Notes under the pieces: model-generated
Told to the model about the DNA's origin: nothing
Database searches by the model: none
Seen by the model: only the letters and a program-made list of their open reading frames with translations
Source of the DNA: Centroscyllium fabricii
Taxonomy: Eukaryota
Length of the DNA: 64,000 nucleotides
Reading direction: 5' to 3'
Assembly: GCA_051313645.2 (NCBI GenBank)
Contig: JBNRSN020000016.1
Location: 34,410,001-34,474,000, forward strand
In this document: positions 22,863 to 35,222 of the stretch, one piece after another
How positions within the stretch are numbered: the first letter of the stretch is position 1
Layout of the letters: the number at the start of each line of letters is the position of its first letter
Program-made: the position numbers and the translations under genes

Positions 22863-24170
22863 TTGAAGTTGGCAGGAGTCTTCACTGACATCTTCAACCT
22901 GTCACTGGCGAAGGCAGCTGTCCCTACCTGCTTCAAGACCGCCACCATCATCCCTGTGCCCAAGAAAACGGCTGTGACGTGCCTGAACGACTACTGCCCT
23001 GTTGCACTTACACCCATGATCATGAAGTGTTTCGAGCGGCTGGTCCTGGCCCACATCAAAGCCAGCATCCCCGCCGCCCTGGACCAATACCAGTTCGCCT
23101 ACCATGGGAACAGATCTACAGAAGATGCTATCACTACGGCTCTTCACTCTGCACTAAACCACCTTGATAGCAAAGACACGTATATCAGAATGCTGTTTAT
23201 TGACTACAGCTCAGCATTCAACACCATCGTCCCCAGCAAATTGTCTTCCAAACTCCTCACCCTCAGCCTGAACACCTCCCTCTGCAACTGGACCCTGGAC
23301 TTCCTAACCAACAGACCACAGTCTGTGCAGTTAGGCAACCTCACCTCCACCCCCCTTACCCTGAACACGGGGGCCCCACAAGGTTGTGTGCTGAGCCCCC
23401 TCCTCTACTCCCTCTTCACTCACGACTGTGCGGCTGTCCATGGCTCCAACACGATCATCAAGTTTGTGGATGACACCACGGTGGTTGGCCAGATCACCAA
23501 CAACGATGAGTCAGCCTACAGGGAGGAGATCCAGCACCTTGTGGGTTGGTGTGCCGACAACAACCTGGCTCTGAACACCAAGAAAACTAAGGAGATCATA
23601 GTGGACTTCCAGAGGACTGGAAGCAGAAGACACACCCCCATCTTCATCCAAGGGGCTGAGGTGGAAAGGGTGTCCAGCTTCAAGTTCCTCGGGGTCCACA
23701 TCTCGGAAGATCTCTCCTGGTCACTAAACACCTCCTCTCTGGTTAAGAAGGCCCAACAGCGCCTGTACTTCCTAAGGAAGCTGAAGAAAGCCAGGCTGTC
23801 ATCCGGCATCCTCTCCAACTTCTACCGCTGCACAATAGAAAGCATACTGACAAGCTGCATCACTGTCTGGTATGGGAATTGCACTATCTCGGACCGGAAA
23901 ACCCTGCAGCGGGTAGTCAAAACTGCTCAACGAATCACCGGTACACAGCTGCCGTCAATGGAAAGCATCTACCTCAAACGCTGCTTACGGAGGTCTCTGA
24001 ACATTATTAAAGACCCCACACACCCCAGCCACAGTCTGTTCGCCCCCCTGCCCTCCGGGAGACGCTACAGAGCAATTCGCACCCACACGACTAGATTTCA
24101 GAACAGCTTCTTCCCCAGGGCTGTCAGCCTCCTGAACTCTAAAAATGAACTCCAGTACCTGCACGCCTGA
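22863..24170 (+). CDS. Rex1/Babar LINE reverse transcriptase, 5'-truncated; element spans about 22866-24302
   Basis: 435-aa ORF with [41 protein letters not shown] and [10 protein letters not shown]. (TTGAA)n tail. Confidence 0.93.
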   Translation: MKLAGVFTDIFNLSLAKAAVPTCFKTATIIPVPKKTAVTCLNDYCPVALTPMIMKCFERLVLAHIKASIPAALDQYQFAYHGNRSTEDAITTALHSALNHLDSKDTYIRMLFIDYSSAFNTIVPSKLSSKLLTLSLNTSLCNWTLDFLTNRPQSVQLGNLTSTPLTLNTGAPQGCVLSPLLYSLFTHDCAAVHGSNTIIKFVDDTTVVGQITNNDESAYREEIQHLVGWCADNNLALNTKKTKEIIVDFQRTGSRRHTPIFIQGAEVERVSSFKFLGVHISEDLSWSLNTSSLVKKAQQRLYFLRKLKKARLSSGILSNFYRCTIESILTSCITVWYGNCTISDRKTLQRVVKTAQRITGTQLPSMESIYLKRCLRRSLNIIKDPTHPSHSLFAPLPSGRRYRAIRTHTTRFQNSFFPRAVSLLNSKNELQYLHA

Positions 24171-24729
24171 TAATGTACTTTACTGTATGCAATTTGCATG
24201 TAATTTATTTGCACTACTCTCGGGAGAGTCGAGTCTTCGTCTCGTTGTATTGTACTAGTACTCTGCAATGACAATAAAACTTGAATTGAATTGAATGAAT
24301 TGAGTGTATAGTTCTCAGCCAATACAACATCTGGTACAAAATAAAAGGGAATTGTTAGCCCTATGGCATGCTCCGACTAGTATGAAAGAGCTTGCATTTC
24401 TATCTTCAGGATGCTTTCACAGCCAATTCAACTTTGGAAGAGATGTCATTCTGTTATATAGGCAAACCCAGCAATCAGTGTGCACACAGTAAGGTCACAC
24501 CAACGGTAAAGAGGATAAATGGAAAGTTAATCTGTTTTATGGAGTTGGTTGAAGGATAAAAATTGGGCAAGACACCGGGAAAACTGTTCTTCCTCAACAA
24601 TGCTCCAGAAACATTTAAGTCTGCTTAAAAAGTCAGATGGGGCCTTGGTTAAATATCTTGGCCTGGAGTTTTCGCTGGGTTGCGCTGATTTTTCTCAGCA
24701 TAATTCGCCAAAAATCGGCCCAACCAGCT

Positions 24730-26658
24730 CATTGCTGATCATAGGGCGGCACGGTGGCATAGTGGTTAGCACTGTTGTCTCACAGCACTGGAGACCCGGG
24801 TTCAAATCCGGCCTCGGGTACTATCTGTGTGGAGTTTGCACATTCTCCCCGTGCCTGCGTGCGTTTCCTCCGGGTGCTCCGGTTTCCTCCCACAGTCCAA
24901 AGATGTGCGGGTTAGGTTGATTGGCCAGGATAAATTGACCCTTAGTGTTAGGGGGATTGAATATGTGGGGTTACGGGGATAGGGTGGGATTTGTGTCGAT
25001 GCAGGCTCGATAGGGATCGAGGGATATTGGGAGAGGGCAGGGGCGGGGTGCTGGGTTTTGATGATCAGCCATGATCTGATTGAATGGCGGAGCAGGCTCG
25101 AAGGGCCGAATGGCCTACTCCTGCTCCTAGTTTCTATGTTTCTATGTTTCTATCTTCCAGAACTCGATAGACTCTGGAACAGTACCGATCGATTGGAGGG
25201 TAGCTAACGTTACCCCTCTATTCAAAAAAGGGGGTAAAGAAAAAGCGGGGAATTATAGATCAGTAAGCCTGACATCGGTAGTGGGGAAAATGCTAGAGTC
25301 CATTATTAAAGATGTAATAGCAGTACACTTGAAAAACAGTGGCGGGATCGGACAGAGTCAACATGGATTTAAAAAAGGTAAATCGTGCTTGACTAATCTA
25401 CTGGAATTTTTTGAGGATGTAACTGGTAAAATAGATAGGGGAGAACCTGTAGACCTGGTGTATTTGGACTTTCAGAAAGCTTTCAATAAGGTTCCTCATA
25501 AGAGATTAGAGTGCAAAATTAAGGCTCATGGGATTGGGGGCAAGGTATTGACTTGGATAGAGAACTGGTTGGCAGATAGAAAACAGAGAGTTGGAATAAA
25601 CGGTCATTTTCCGAGTGGCAGGCAGTGACTAGTGGGGTACCTCAAGGATCGGTCCTCGGACCCCAGCTGTTCAAAATATATATTAATGATCTGGACGAGG
25701 GAATTGGATGTAATATCTCCAAATTTGCAGACGACACAAAGCTGGGTGGGAGGGTATACTGTGAGGAGGATGTCGAGAAACTCCAATGCGATTTGGACAG
25801 GTTGGGTGATTGGGCAGATACATGACAAATGCACTATAATATGGATAAATGTGAGGTTATCCACTTTGGTGGCAAAAACAGGAGGGCAGATTATTATTTG
25901 AATGGCAATAGATTGAGAGATGGGGAAATGCAAAGAGACCTGGGTGTTCTTGTGCACCAGTCACTGAAGGTAAGCATGCAGGTGCAACAGGTGGTTAAGA
26001 AGGCAAATGGTATGTTGGCCTTCGTAGCAAGAGGGTTCGAATATAAGAACAAAGATGTTTTGCTGCAGCTCTACAGGACCTTGGTGTGATCACACCTCGA
26101 GTATCGTGTGCAGTTTTGGTCACCTCATCTGAGGAAGGACGTTCTTGCCATTGAAGGAGTGCAGCGAAGATTCACCAGGCTGATACCTGGGATGGCAGGA
26201 ATGACGTATGGGGAGAGATTGAGTCGATTGGGCTTATACTCACTGGAGTTCAGACGATTGAGAGGGGATCTCATCGAAACCTATAAAATTCTGTCAGGCC
26301 TGAACAGACTGGAGGCAGGAATGATGATCCCGATGGTCGGTGAGTCCAGAACCAGGGGCCATAGTCTAAGGATAAGGGGAAAGCCATTTAGGACTGAGAT
26401 GAAGGGGAATTTCTTCACCCAGAGATTGGTGAACCTGTGGAATTCCCTGTCACAGAGGGCGGTGGAGGCCGGTTCATTAAATATATTCAAGAAGGAGTTG
26501 GATATATTTCTTCAGGCTGAAGGGATCAAGAGATATGGGGAGAAGGCGGGGACAGAGTACTGAATCTGAAAGATCAGTCATGATCTAATTGAATGGCGGA
26601 GCAGACTCGAAGGGCCAAATGGCCTACTCCTGCTCCTATCTCCTATGTTTCTATGTTT
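24730..26658 (+). mobile_element. CR1 LINE, 5'-truncated, with stops and frameshifts
   Basis: ORFs 25281, 25625, 25829 and 26108 give consecutive RT motifs. (TATGTTTC)n tail. Confidence 0.93.
24744..25153 (+). mobile_element. V-SINE, long tail
   Basis: Full-length. Sits inside the 5' end of the following CR1. Confidence 0.92.
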
Positions 26659-26661
26659 CAA

Positions 26662-27582
26662 TGGGCGAAAAATTCATCAGCGCACAAACTGGGCGCTAAA
26701 TTTGGCGCTGTGCAAAAATTTAGCGCCGGTGCTAAATTAGCGCCGACAAGTCCGAAATTGGCGCTAGCGGCAGCCTTGAAGATTTTGGTCCAATTCCCAC
26801 CTTGCATGAGAGTCACACTGCTAATATCCCGGCGCTAATGGCCGTTCCTGGGTGCAGCGTTCCCTGACTAACGGCTTGCTTCCCCTTCGCCTCTGCAGCC
26901 GATGAGGCATTAAAGGGGAAGCAGCAGCTGTTCTCCGTGCTCTCTGTGCATTTGCGTCTCGGAGAGAGCGGGGAGGGGGGCTGGATCTCTGATCATTTGC
27001 ATCTTGGTGGGTCGTGGCGACCCCCGATCGGTGGATCGCCGCGATCCACCGAGAGGGGGTCACCGCGACCCACCGGGAGGGGTTTGCCGTGACCCACCGG
27101 GAGGGGGTTGCCGCGACCCACCAAGACGCAAATGATCAGAGATCCGCCCCCTGTCCCCGCTCTCTCCGAGCGCAAAAGATCAGAGATCCGGTCCCCTTCC
27201 CAACTCTGTCCGAGACGCAAGTGATCAGAGATCCGGCCCCCCTCACCGCTCTCTCATCAATTGGCCGCTCAGGCCGACTCCCCCCATCAGCTGGCCATAC
27301 TCTGACCGAAGAGGGAGGGTGGCCCTTTTAGCAGCGCTGAAGCGGCCACTCAAAGCCACTGCAGCGCTTGCAAAAGCTGTCGCTAATAGCGCGGGTGGGG
27401 CTGCGAAGGCGCTAAGGCCAATAACGGTTGTTGATCGTTAGGCGGTGTAGCGCTCGTGTTTAGCGCCAGCGCTAACCACCATGCCAATTTAGCGCCCGGC
27501 GCTAATTTAGGCATTATGTCGGCGCTGCCCCATTAGCGCCGAGGGCGCTAAAGGCCTGGCGCTAAGGCGCCAATATTTCGAC
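26662..27582. mobile_element. GC-rich Harbinger-type MITE inserted in the CR1 tail, with internal 21-bp tandem repeats (about 27015-27125)
   Basis: GGGCGAAAAATT...AATATTTCGACC termini, subterminal GGCGCTAA repeats, and the TATGTTTC tail resumes after it. Confidence 0.7.
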
Positions 27583-28437
27583 CTATGTTTCTGAAAGATA
27601 GAGGAATTTTGAGTGTAAGTTAGGTTCAGCGCCAATCGAGTTTCCGTGAACTTTTGCGCAAGCTTAAAATGTATCGCGCCGGAAGCTGTCCCCACCCACA
27701 AAACTGGCCAAGTCCCCAGATCGAATTAATCACCACGGCGAGTTTCCGCTAATTGCGCCCATTTGCGGCCCTTCGAGGAGGGTTTTAAAACAAAGCTTTT
27801 GTTTAGGCACAAGGACACTAATAGGCACATTTTAAATATTTTTAAAAAAATTACCAGGAAACTGACTACTGTACATCAATGTAACTTGTAAATGGTTCAG
27901 TATAATATTTTTAAGTCATTTTCAGTTATTTAAAATAAGGTTACTCATAGGTGGTGGACTAGGCACTGATGAAAAACTACATTTTCAGCTGTATTAATCA
28001 AACTGCACCGGGTAACTACTCTTAAATATATCAAGGAATATTTTTAATGCAATTTCTTTTCAAAAAATTGCATTTTAAAATGCTGCCCGAATGCGCTGGT
28101 TCATGGCCGATTTTACGTTCGGCGAAATACAAATGAGTTTGAGGGGGAACACGAGCAAAAAAAACACTTCTTAAAATTAGTGCAATTTTGAGCACCATTT
28201 GCACTCGAAGTGGAAACTCTTGGCGCTTTTCTTGAAGACAGCATTTGAAATATTGACACTTCAGTGCAGTACTGAAAGAATGCTGCATTATTGCCGAGTT
28301 TGTATGAGACATTCAAACGAACATAAAAGGTCCCTGAAGCAGTGTAGATCAGACGCTCAAACCCTGGAGTGAGTTTTAAACCCACAACTTTATGACTCAG
28401 AGATAAGTGTGCTACCAACAGAATCAGACCCACAAAC

Positions 28438-28770
28438 AGGGATGTGGTGGCCGAGTGGTTAAATTACTGGATTAGTAATCCAGCGGCCTAGACTAATGAT
28501 TGATGTAAGTTCAAATCTCACCACAGTAGTTTAAATTCAACGAATTAAATAAATCTGAGGGGAAACAAAGCTAGTATCTGTAATGGTAACCATAAAACTA
28601 CTGGATCATTGTTAATAAACCCATCTGATTTACTAATACCCTTTAGTGAAGGAACTCTGCCATCATTACCTGGTCTGGCCTATATTATGACACTAGGTCA
28701 CAAGGTGGCTAGCTCATAACCACTCCAAAATGGCCTAACAAGCCTCCCAATTGTACCAAACCACTATGGA
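28438..28770 (+). mobile_element. Old tRNA-derived Meta-like SINE
   Basis: Diverged copy of 57075-57540. Confidence 0.65.
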
Positions 28771-28781
28771 ATAATAATATT

Positions 28782-29512
28782 GGCCTAGAACTTCAGGTAG
28801 GAGGCTTTCTGCGGGTGTAAGCCACTAACCTTGCATGCTGGCCGTTGAGCTGTGGGCCCGTGTGGAATTCCGTTCTTGGGCCTCCTCGGACTGCCGGCGT
28901 GCAGTGCTTGCGTATCCCAGGGGCACAGTTAGTTTGCGCGTCCCCATGGATCACGTGGGCCATGGAGAGCCAATCAGAGCAGGGAGTGCTTTATTCATAT
29001 GTTTGATAGGAAGTACTGTCAATACGATAAGCCCTAAAATTTCAAATAAATTTTAAAAAATCAAATTTTTAAAATAACTATAAATTACATTAAATAACTA
29101 TTTTAAACAATAATTAAAACATTAAAAAAAATTAATGATATTTTCTAATGGGGCTGAAAATAAACTTACCTGTCTTTAAAGCATTAAAAAATAATAAACC
29201 TGTAGAAAAAATGTTTTAATTTGAATTAATTCACCACTTACCTTGTTAAAAGCAGGCCTTACGCCTGTTCTTTACATTTCTAAAATCTGCAGACTTACCC
29301 GGAATGAAAAAGCCGTAAGGATAACTGTAAGTGCAATGCGCACGCGCTGCTGCTCCCGCGCATGCGCTCCACCTCTTAACCCCTTCGTTCAGGCGAACGG
29401 AAGTACCGGATTCCCACGCATGTGCAGTGCATGCAAGAAACCAGCACTTTCGTTGGGCCTACGGGTGAGTACTCAGCGCGTACTCACCCGTGGAGACCCG
29501 AATTTCTGGGCC
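28782..29512. mobile_element. Harbinger-type MITE
   Basis: GGCCTAGAACTTC...GAATTTCTGGGCC termini. Inverted relative of 21084-21847. Confidence 0.7.
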
Positions 29513-30042
29513 AATAAAACCAGACGGTCCACTCATACCTTCACGACAAAGACACTCAGCCCTGCAAAGTCCTCCTCACTAAAAGCTGGGAACTTATGGC
29601 AAAAGTGTTTGCAACCATCTTCAGTCAGAAGTGCCGAGTGGATGATCCATCTCTGTCCCCTCCATGACAGAAGCTAGTCTTCAGCCAATTTGATTCACTC
29701 CATGTAATATCAAGAAACGGCTGGGCGCACTGGATACAGCAACGGCTGTGGGCCCCAGCTGACATGCTGAAGAGTTGAGCTCCAGAACTAGCCATGCCTC
29801 TGACCAAGCTGTTCCAGTATAACTACAACACTGGTATTTATTCAACAATGTGGAAAAATGCCCAGGTATGTCTTGTCCACAAAAAACAGGAAAAATCAAA
29901 TCTGGCCAATTAGTGCCCCATCAGTCTATTTTGAATCATCAGCAACGTGATGGGAGGTGTCATCGACAGTGCTATCGAGCACCACTACTCACCAATAAGC
30001 TGCTCAGTTTGGGTTCTGCCAGGGCCATGGGGCTCTAGACCT

Positions 30043-30344
30043 TGTAATGATATCAGCAAACAGTGATCATGTTTGCTTGTTTGACTATTGTAAGGTCGCA
30101 CACACCCCTTACACTATCTATGCCTTACTAGCCAAGGGATCATAGTTGCCTGTTTGATTATCCATGCCTGACCAGCAGAGGGCATGTGACAAGAAGCAAG
30201 TTAGTTTTGGTTTCAGTTTAAGATGGATCTCTAAGATGGAGTCTCTGTAAAGCCTGTGTAAGCCTCATGTAACATACTTTAGATTAAACAACATTCTCCT
30301 TCATTAATGTGTAGTCTTGGAACCCACAAATAGAAATTAATACA
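30043..30344. mobile_element. Solo LTR
   Basis: TGTAAT...ATACA termini. 5-bp TSD GACCT at 30038-30042 and 30345-30349. Confidence 0.8.
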
Positions 30345-31043
30345 GACCTCATTCCAGCCTTAGTCCAAACATGGACAAAAGCGCTCACTTCCAGAAGTGA
30401 GGTGAGAGTAACTGCCCTTGACATCAAGGCAGCATTTGACTGAGTGTGGCATCAAGGAGCTCTAGTAAAACTGAAATCAATGGGAATCCTGGTGAAAACT
30501 CTCCACTAGTTGGAGTCATATCTAGCACAAAGGAATATGGTTGTGGTTGTTGGAGGCCAATCCTCACAGCACCAGGACATCGCTGCAGGAGTTCCTCAGG
30601 GCAGTGTCCTAGGCCCAATGAGCTTCCCTCCATCATAAGATCAGAAGTGGGGATGTTCGCTGGTGATTGCAATGTTCAGTTCCATTCGCAACTCCTCAAA
30701 TAATGAAGCAGTCCATGTCCGCATGCAGCAAGACCTGGATGATGTTCAGGCTTGGGCTGACAAGTGGCAGGTAACATTCACTCCACACAAGTGCCAGGCA
30801 ATCACCATCTCCAACAAGTGAGAGCCTAAATATCGCCCCTTAACATTCAACAGAATTACCATCACCGAATCTCCCACCATCAACATCTTAGGGGTCACAA
30901 TTTACCAAAAACTTAGCTGAACCAGCCACATAAATACTGTGGCATCAAGGGCAGGTTTGAAACTGGGTATTCTGCGGCGAGTGTCTCACCTCCTGACACT
31001 CCAAAGCTTTTCCACCATCTACAAGGCACAAGTAAGGAGTATG

Positions 31044-31834
31044 ATAGAAACATAGAAACTAGGAGCAGGAGTAGGCCATTCGGCCCTTTGAACCTGCTCC
31101 GCCATTCAATGAGATCATGGCTGATCATCCAAACCCAGTATCCCGCCCCTGCCCTCTCCCCATATCCCTTGATCCCTATCGAGCCTGGGCGACACGGTGG
31201 CACAGCGGATAGCACTGTTGTCTCACAGCACTGGAGACACGGGTTCAAATCCAGCCTCGGGTCCTATCTGTGTGGAGTTTGCACATTCTCCCCGTGTCTG
31301 CGTGGGTTTCCTCCGGGTGCTCCGGTTTCCTCCCACAGTCCAAAGATGTGCGGGTTAGGTTGATTGGCCATGATAAATTGACCCTTAGTGTTAGGGGGTT
31401 TGAATATGTGGGGTTACGGGGATAGGGTGGGATATGTGTTGATGGAGGCTCGATAGGGATCAAGGGATATGGGGACAAGGCAGGGACAGGGTGCTGGGTT
31501 TGGATGATCAGCCATGATCTCATTGAATGGCAGAGCAGGCTCAAAGGGCCGAATGGCCTACTCCTGCTCCTAGTTTCTATGTTTCTATATCCCACCCTAT
31601 CCCCGTAACTCCACATATTCAATCCCCCTAACACTAAGGGTCAATTTATCCTGGCCAATCAACCTAACCCGCACATCTTTGGACTGTGGGAGGAAACCGG
31701 AGCACCCGGAGGAAACCCACGCAGACACGGGGAGAATGTGCAAACTCCACACAGATAGTACCCGAGGCTGGGTTTGAACCCGGGTCTCCAGAGCTGTGAG
31801 GCAACAATGCTAACCACTGTGCCACCGTGACGCC
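31044..31834. mobile_element. V-SINE (+, 31187-31588) inserted inside an antiparallel V-SINE (-)
   Basis: The minus-strand tail (31044-31186) and minus-strand head (31587-31834) flank a complete plus-strand copy. Confidence 0.88.
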
Positions 31835-32082
31835 TGGATGAGTGCAGCTCCAACAACACTCAAGAAGCTCAACACCATCCAGGACAAAGCAGCCCGCTTG
31901 ATTGGCACTCCCTCCACTACTGGCGCACCGTGGCTGCAGTGTGTACCGTCTACAAGATGAACTGCAGCAACTCGCCAAGGCTTCTTTGACAGCACCTCCC
32001 AAACCCGCAACCTCTACTACCTAGAAGGACAAGGGCAACAGGTGCTTGGGAACACCATCACCTCCAAGTTGCCCTCCAAGTC

Positions 32083-32762
32083 ATAAGAACGTAAGAAATA
32101 GAAGCAGGAGTAGGCCATTCGGCCCTGCTCTGCCATTCAATGAGATCATGGCTGATCTTCTGCCTCAACTCCATTCACCGGCCCTATCACCGTATCCCTT
32201 GATGTTCTTATTAGTCAGAAATCTATCGACTTCTGTTTTGAATATACCCAATAACTGAGCCTCCACAGCCCTCTGGGGTAGAGAATTCCAAAGATTCACC
32301 ACCTTCTGTGTGAAGAAATGTCTTTTCATCTCAGTCCTGAATGGCCTACCCTTTATCCTGAGGCTGTGGCCCCTGGTTCTAGACTCCAGGGGAACATTCT
32401 CCCAGCATCCATCCTATCAAGCCCTGTAATAATTTTGTTTGCTTCAATGAGATCCCCTCTCATTCTTCTGAATTTAAGAGAATACAGGCCTAGTTTACTC
32501 AATCTTTTCTCATACGACAGTCCCAGGAATCAATCTCGTGAACCTTCGTTGCACTCCCTCTATGGCAAGTATATCCTTCCTTAGGTAAGGAGACCAAAAT
32601 TGTACACAGTACTCCAAGTGTGGTCTCACCAAGGTCCTATATAATTGGAGTTTACTCCTGTACTCAAATTGTCTTGTAATGAAGGCCAGCATACCATTTG
32701 CCTTCCTAATGGATTGCCGCACCTGCACATTCATATTCAATAACTCATGTACAAGGACACCC
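32083..32762 (-). mobile_element. CR1 3' fragment
   Basis: ORF 32510-32764 contains LVRPHLEYCVQFWSPYLRKD. CR1 tail. Confidence 0.85.
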
Positions 32763-33021
32763 ACCTGACATACACCATCCTGACTTGAAAATATATCACC
32801 AGTCCTTCATCATCACTGGGTCAAAATCCAGTAACTCCCCCCCTAACAGCACTATGGGAATAACTTCACCACACGGACTGCAGCAGTTCAAGAAGGCGGC
32901 TCACCACCACCTTCTCAAGGGCAATTATGGATGGGCAATGAATTAAAAAAAAACAAGGGTGTACATTTCAGATTATATGAGACTTTGATCTGCCTATAAA
33001 AATGGCACTTCCCTGGAACAC

Positions 33022-33816
33022 GGGGGGATTTTCCTGGAGGTGCGGGAACCTGGCAGGGATTGGTCGGGCGGGTTCCTGACCCGCCCGGCCAAGGGCCTGG
33101 GAAGCCCCCACTATTTTTGCCGAATCACTCAATTAAATCCCCGCGTGCCTCTGGTAAGTGCAGCAGTCCATTCGCCAATTACGGCGCTGAAACGGCAGTC
33201 CAGGAGGCTGTCAAGCAGATGCGGCAACTGTTTGTTTACAGTTCCCATGGAAACACTCCACTGTGACATCACAGTGGAGTGGAACCAATGGGAGAGGCCA
33301 AGTGCTGTTGAGTGACAGGTGGGCAGGCGGCTTCAAATCTTTGACAGCTAGGGGCCGGCTGTCAGTAAATCTGGGAAGGTAAGTTTTCAAAGGTTTTCCC
33401 CACAGCTGGTGTTAACACAAGGGAGTGACTTACTCCTCCAGGGTGGTGATGGACTGGGGAGCATTTTGCTGTAGGTCCTTCAACACCTTGAAGGAGAAAG
33501 TTAGCAACACCACTGTGATCCCGCTGGGTTTCACCAGTGGGGTTTTAGGATGGCGGGGTTAGGGTGGGAAGGGGTGAAAATTGCTAAGGGCCCTTAAAAT
33601 GGCACTACAGATGCCAATTAAGGGCTCTTAATGAGCTGACCAACCATCCCCGCCGGCCGCCGGTGGGAAAGATTCGGGGCGGGGGGACAGGGTGACGGAA
33701 AATGCAAAAGTGGCGGGGATCCGGCGGGGGGGGGAAGGTCACGACCCACCGGTTCCGCTATTTTGCCGTCCAACCCGCCGAAAACCCCGCCTCACGGGGA
33801 CCTGAAAATTCTGGCC
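33022..33816. mobile_element. Harbinger-type MITE family A
   Basis: GGGGGGATTTTC...GAAAATTCTGGCC termini. Homologous to the other family A copies. Confidence 0.75.
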
Positions 33817-35059
33817 ACAAATTTTGGAGAGAGGCCAAATTTTTATATTTGAAACAATGATACCGGGGGGCACAGAAGGTATAGGTATACATATAGTTCA
33901 GATTAATCAACTTTGCATAGAGTGGTGAATGTGTCACAGACTACCGAGGGAGGCAATGGAAGCAGACAGCATCAAAACATTTCAGAGGGAGCTGAATAGT
34001 CTCACTTAGGCAATCCCTTGGGACCAAGATTGACTTGCTTCCACATTAAAAATGTGTTCCCAGGTGACTTATGAGTCCAATGTTGGGCCTACAGGGCTCA
34101 ATTGTACCAGGCCCAAGGAGGCGGGTTTGGAGGTGTGTGAGTTGTCAAAATCGCAAAAATTAGCGGGTGGGTCTGATCCCATCTCCATCCCGCCTCTGAG
34201 CAATTTTCCCACATTCATGGTTTCAGACCCCGTTTCCATCCCGCCTCCAAGAGGTGGGATAGGCCCTTAAGGCCCTTAAGAGCCAGTTAATTGGCTCTAT
34301 AATCCCATTCTGATTTTAACACATTTTCCCCATGCTGCACGTCTCCTCTGGAACATGCCAGTTAATCCTGGTGGCCTCACAAGTGGATTGCTTACTAACA
34401 GCTGCAGCTCCACCATTAAAAAGGAGTTTTCACCAATGATTATTTGCAGGTGGCAGAACTTTATTGTCTCAGGTCTGGGGGAACATTTTGCAGCCTTCTC
34501 ATTGTTGTGGAAGTTTGGAGCCTGACATCCATCTCCAGTGTGACCTCCTGGCAAACCTCTCTTCCCACCTTGAATGAGCACTTCCTCAACTGAGGTATAT
34601 ACCAGAAGCATGGGAACCATTTATTTCCTTTCCTCCTGGACATCAGGTTTGGATGAAGATCAGCTGCGGCAGCAGCAGAACCATGAACAACAGCAGCACC
34701 AACTGCAGGAGCAACAACAAGAGCACCAAGCTGCTGCTCACCCACCTGAAGCTGCACAGACCTGAAGGTGCCAAAGTGCGATCACATTGCTGCCTGGGAT
34801 GCAAGGGACGCACTCATGTTGGCCAGATTTGCTTAGCCTGCACAATCAAACACTTTTGCCTTGCACCTTCTTATCAGACCATCAAAAATGGACAAGAACC
34901 TGTGGATTCCTATCACTCTGACCACCATACTGACAATTGCAAGTCATCCTAAGCCCCATGGAAGTCCCATTTGCGAAATCACACAGGCCACAACTTCAAC
35001 AGTTTGCTATCAAATCTGTTTATCATAACAATTCAAGGATGGCTTGGCAAAAATCAATA

Positions 35060-35222
35060 CAACAGAACACCAGGTTATAATCCAACAGCTTTATTAGAAA
35101 TCACAAGCTTTCAGAGCGCTGCTCCTTCGGCAGGTGATTTCTAATAAAGCTGTTGGACTATGACCTGGTGTTGTGTGACTTCTTGCATTTGTCCACCCCA
35201 ATCCAACATCTCCACATCATAT
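35060..35222. mobile_element. Fold-back Penelope terminus with hammerhead core in the loop
   Basis: The minus strand reads TATTAGAAATCAC-CTGCCGA-AGGAGCAGCGCTCT-GAAAGCTT-GTGATTTCTAATA. Confidence 0.75.

Larger units (their letters stand above)
24659..28225. mobile_element. Harbinger-like element family D (24659-24729 plus 27590-28225) containing CR1, V-SINE and MITE
   Basis: Termini GGCCTGGAGTTTT...GAAACTCTTGGC. Homology to 1945-2345. Confidence 0.55.
24410..28435 (-). mobile_element. Old Deu-domain-like SINE split into about 24410-24658 and about 28225-28435 by nested insertions
   Basis: CAGATGGGGCCTTGGTTAA...GAAGACAGCA...CAGTACTG and a tRNA-like head (AAACCCACAAC..TGACTCAGAG..GTGCTACCAAC) resemble Deu-SINEs. 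Degraded, identified from recall. Confidence 0.45.
29515..32950 (+). mobile_element. Decayed CR1/L2-group LINE (same family as 15305-16258) carrying a solo LTR, V-SINEs and a CR1
   Basis: Motifs [24 protein letters not shown] and IYKAQVRS, and the same 3' tail at about 32875-32945. Confidence 0.8.
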
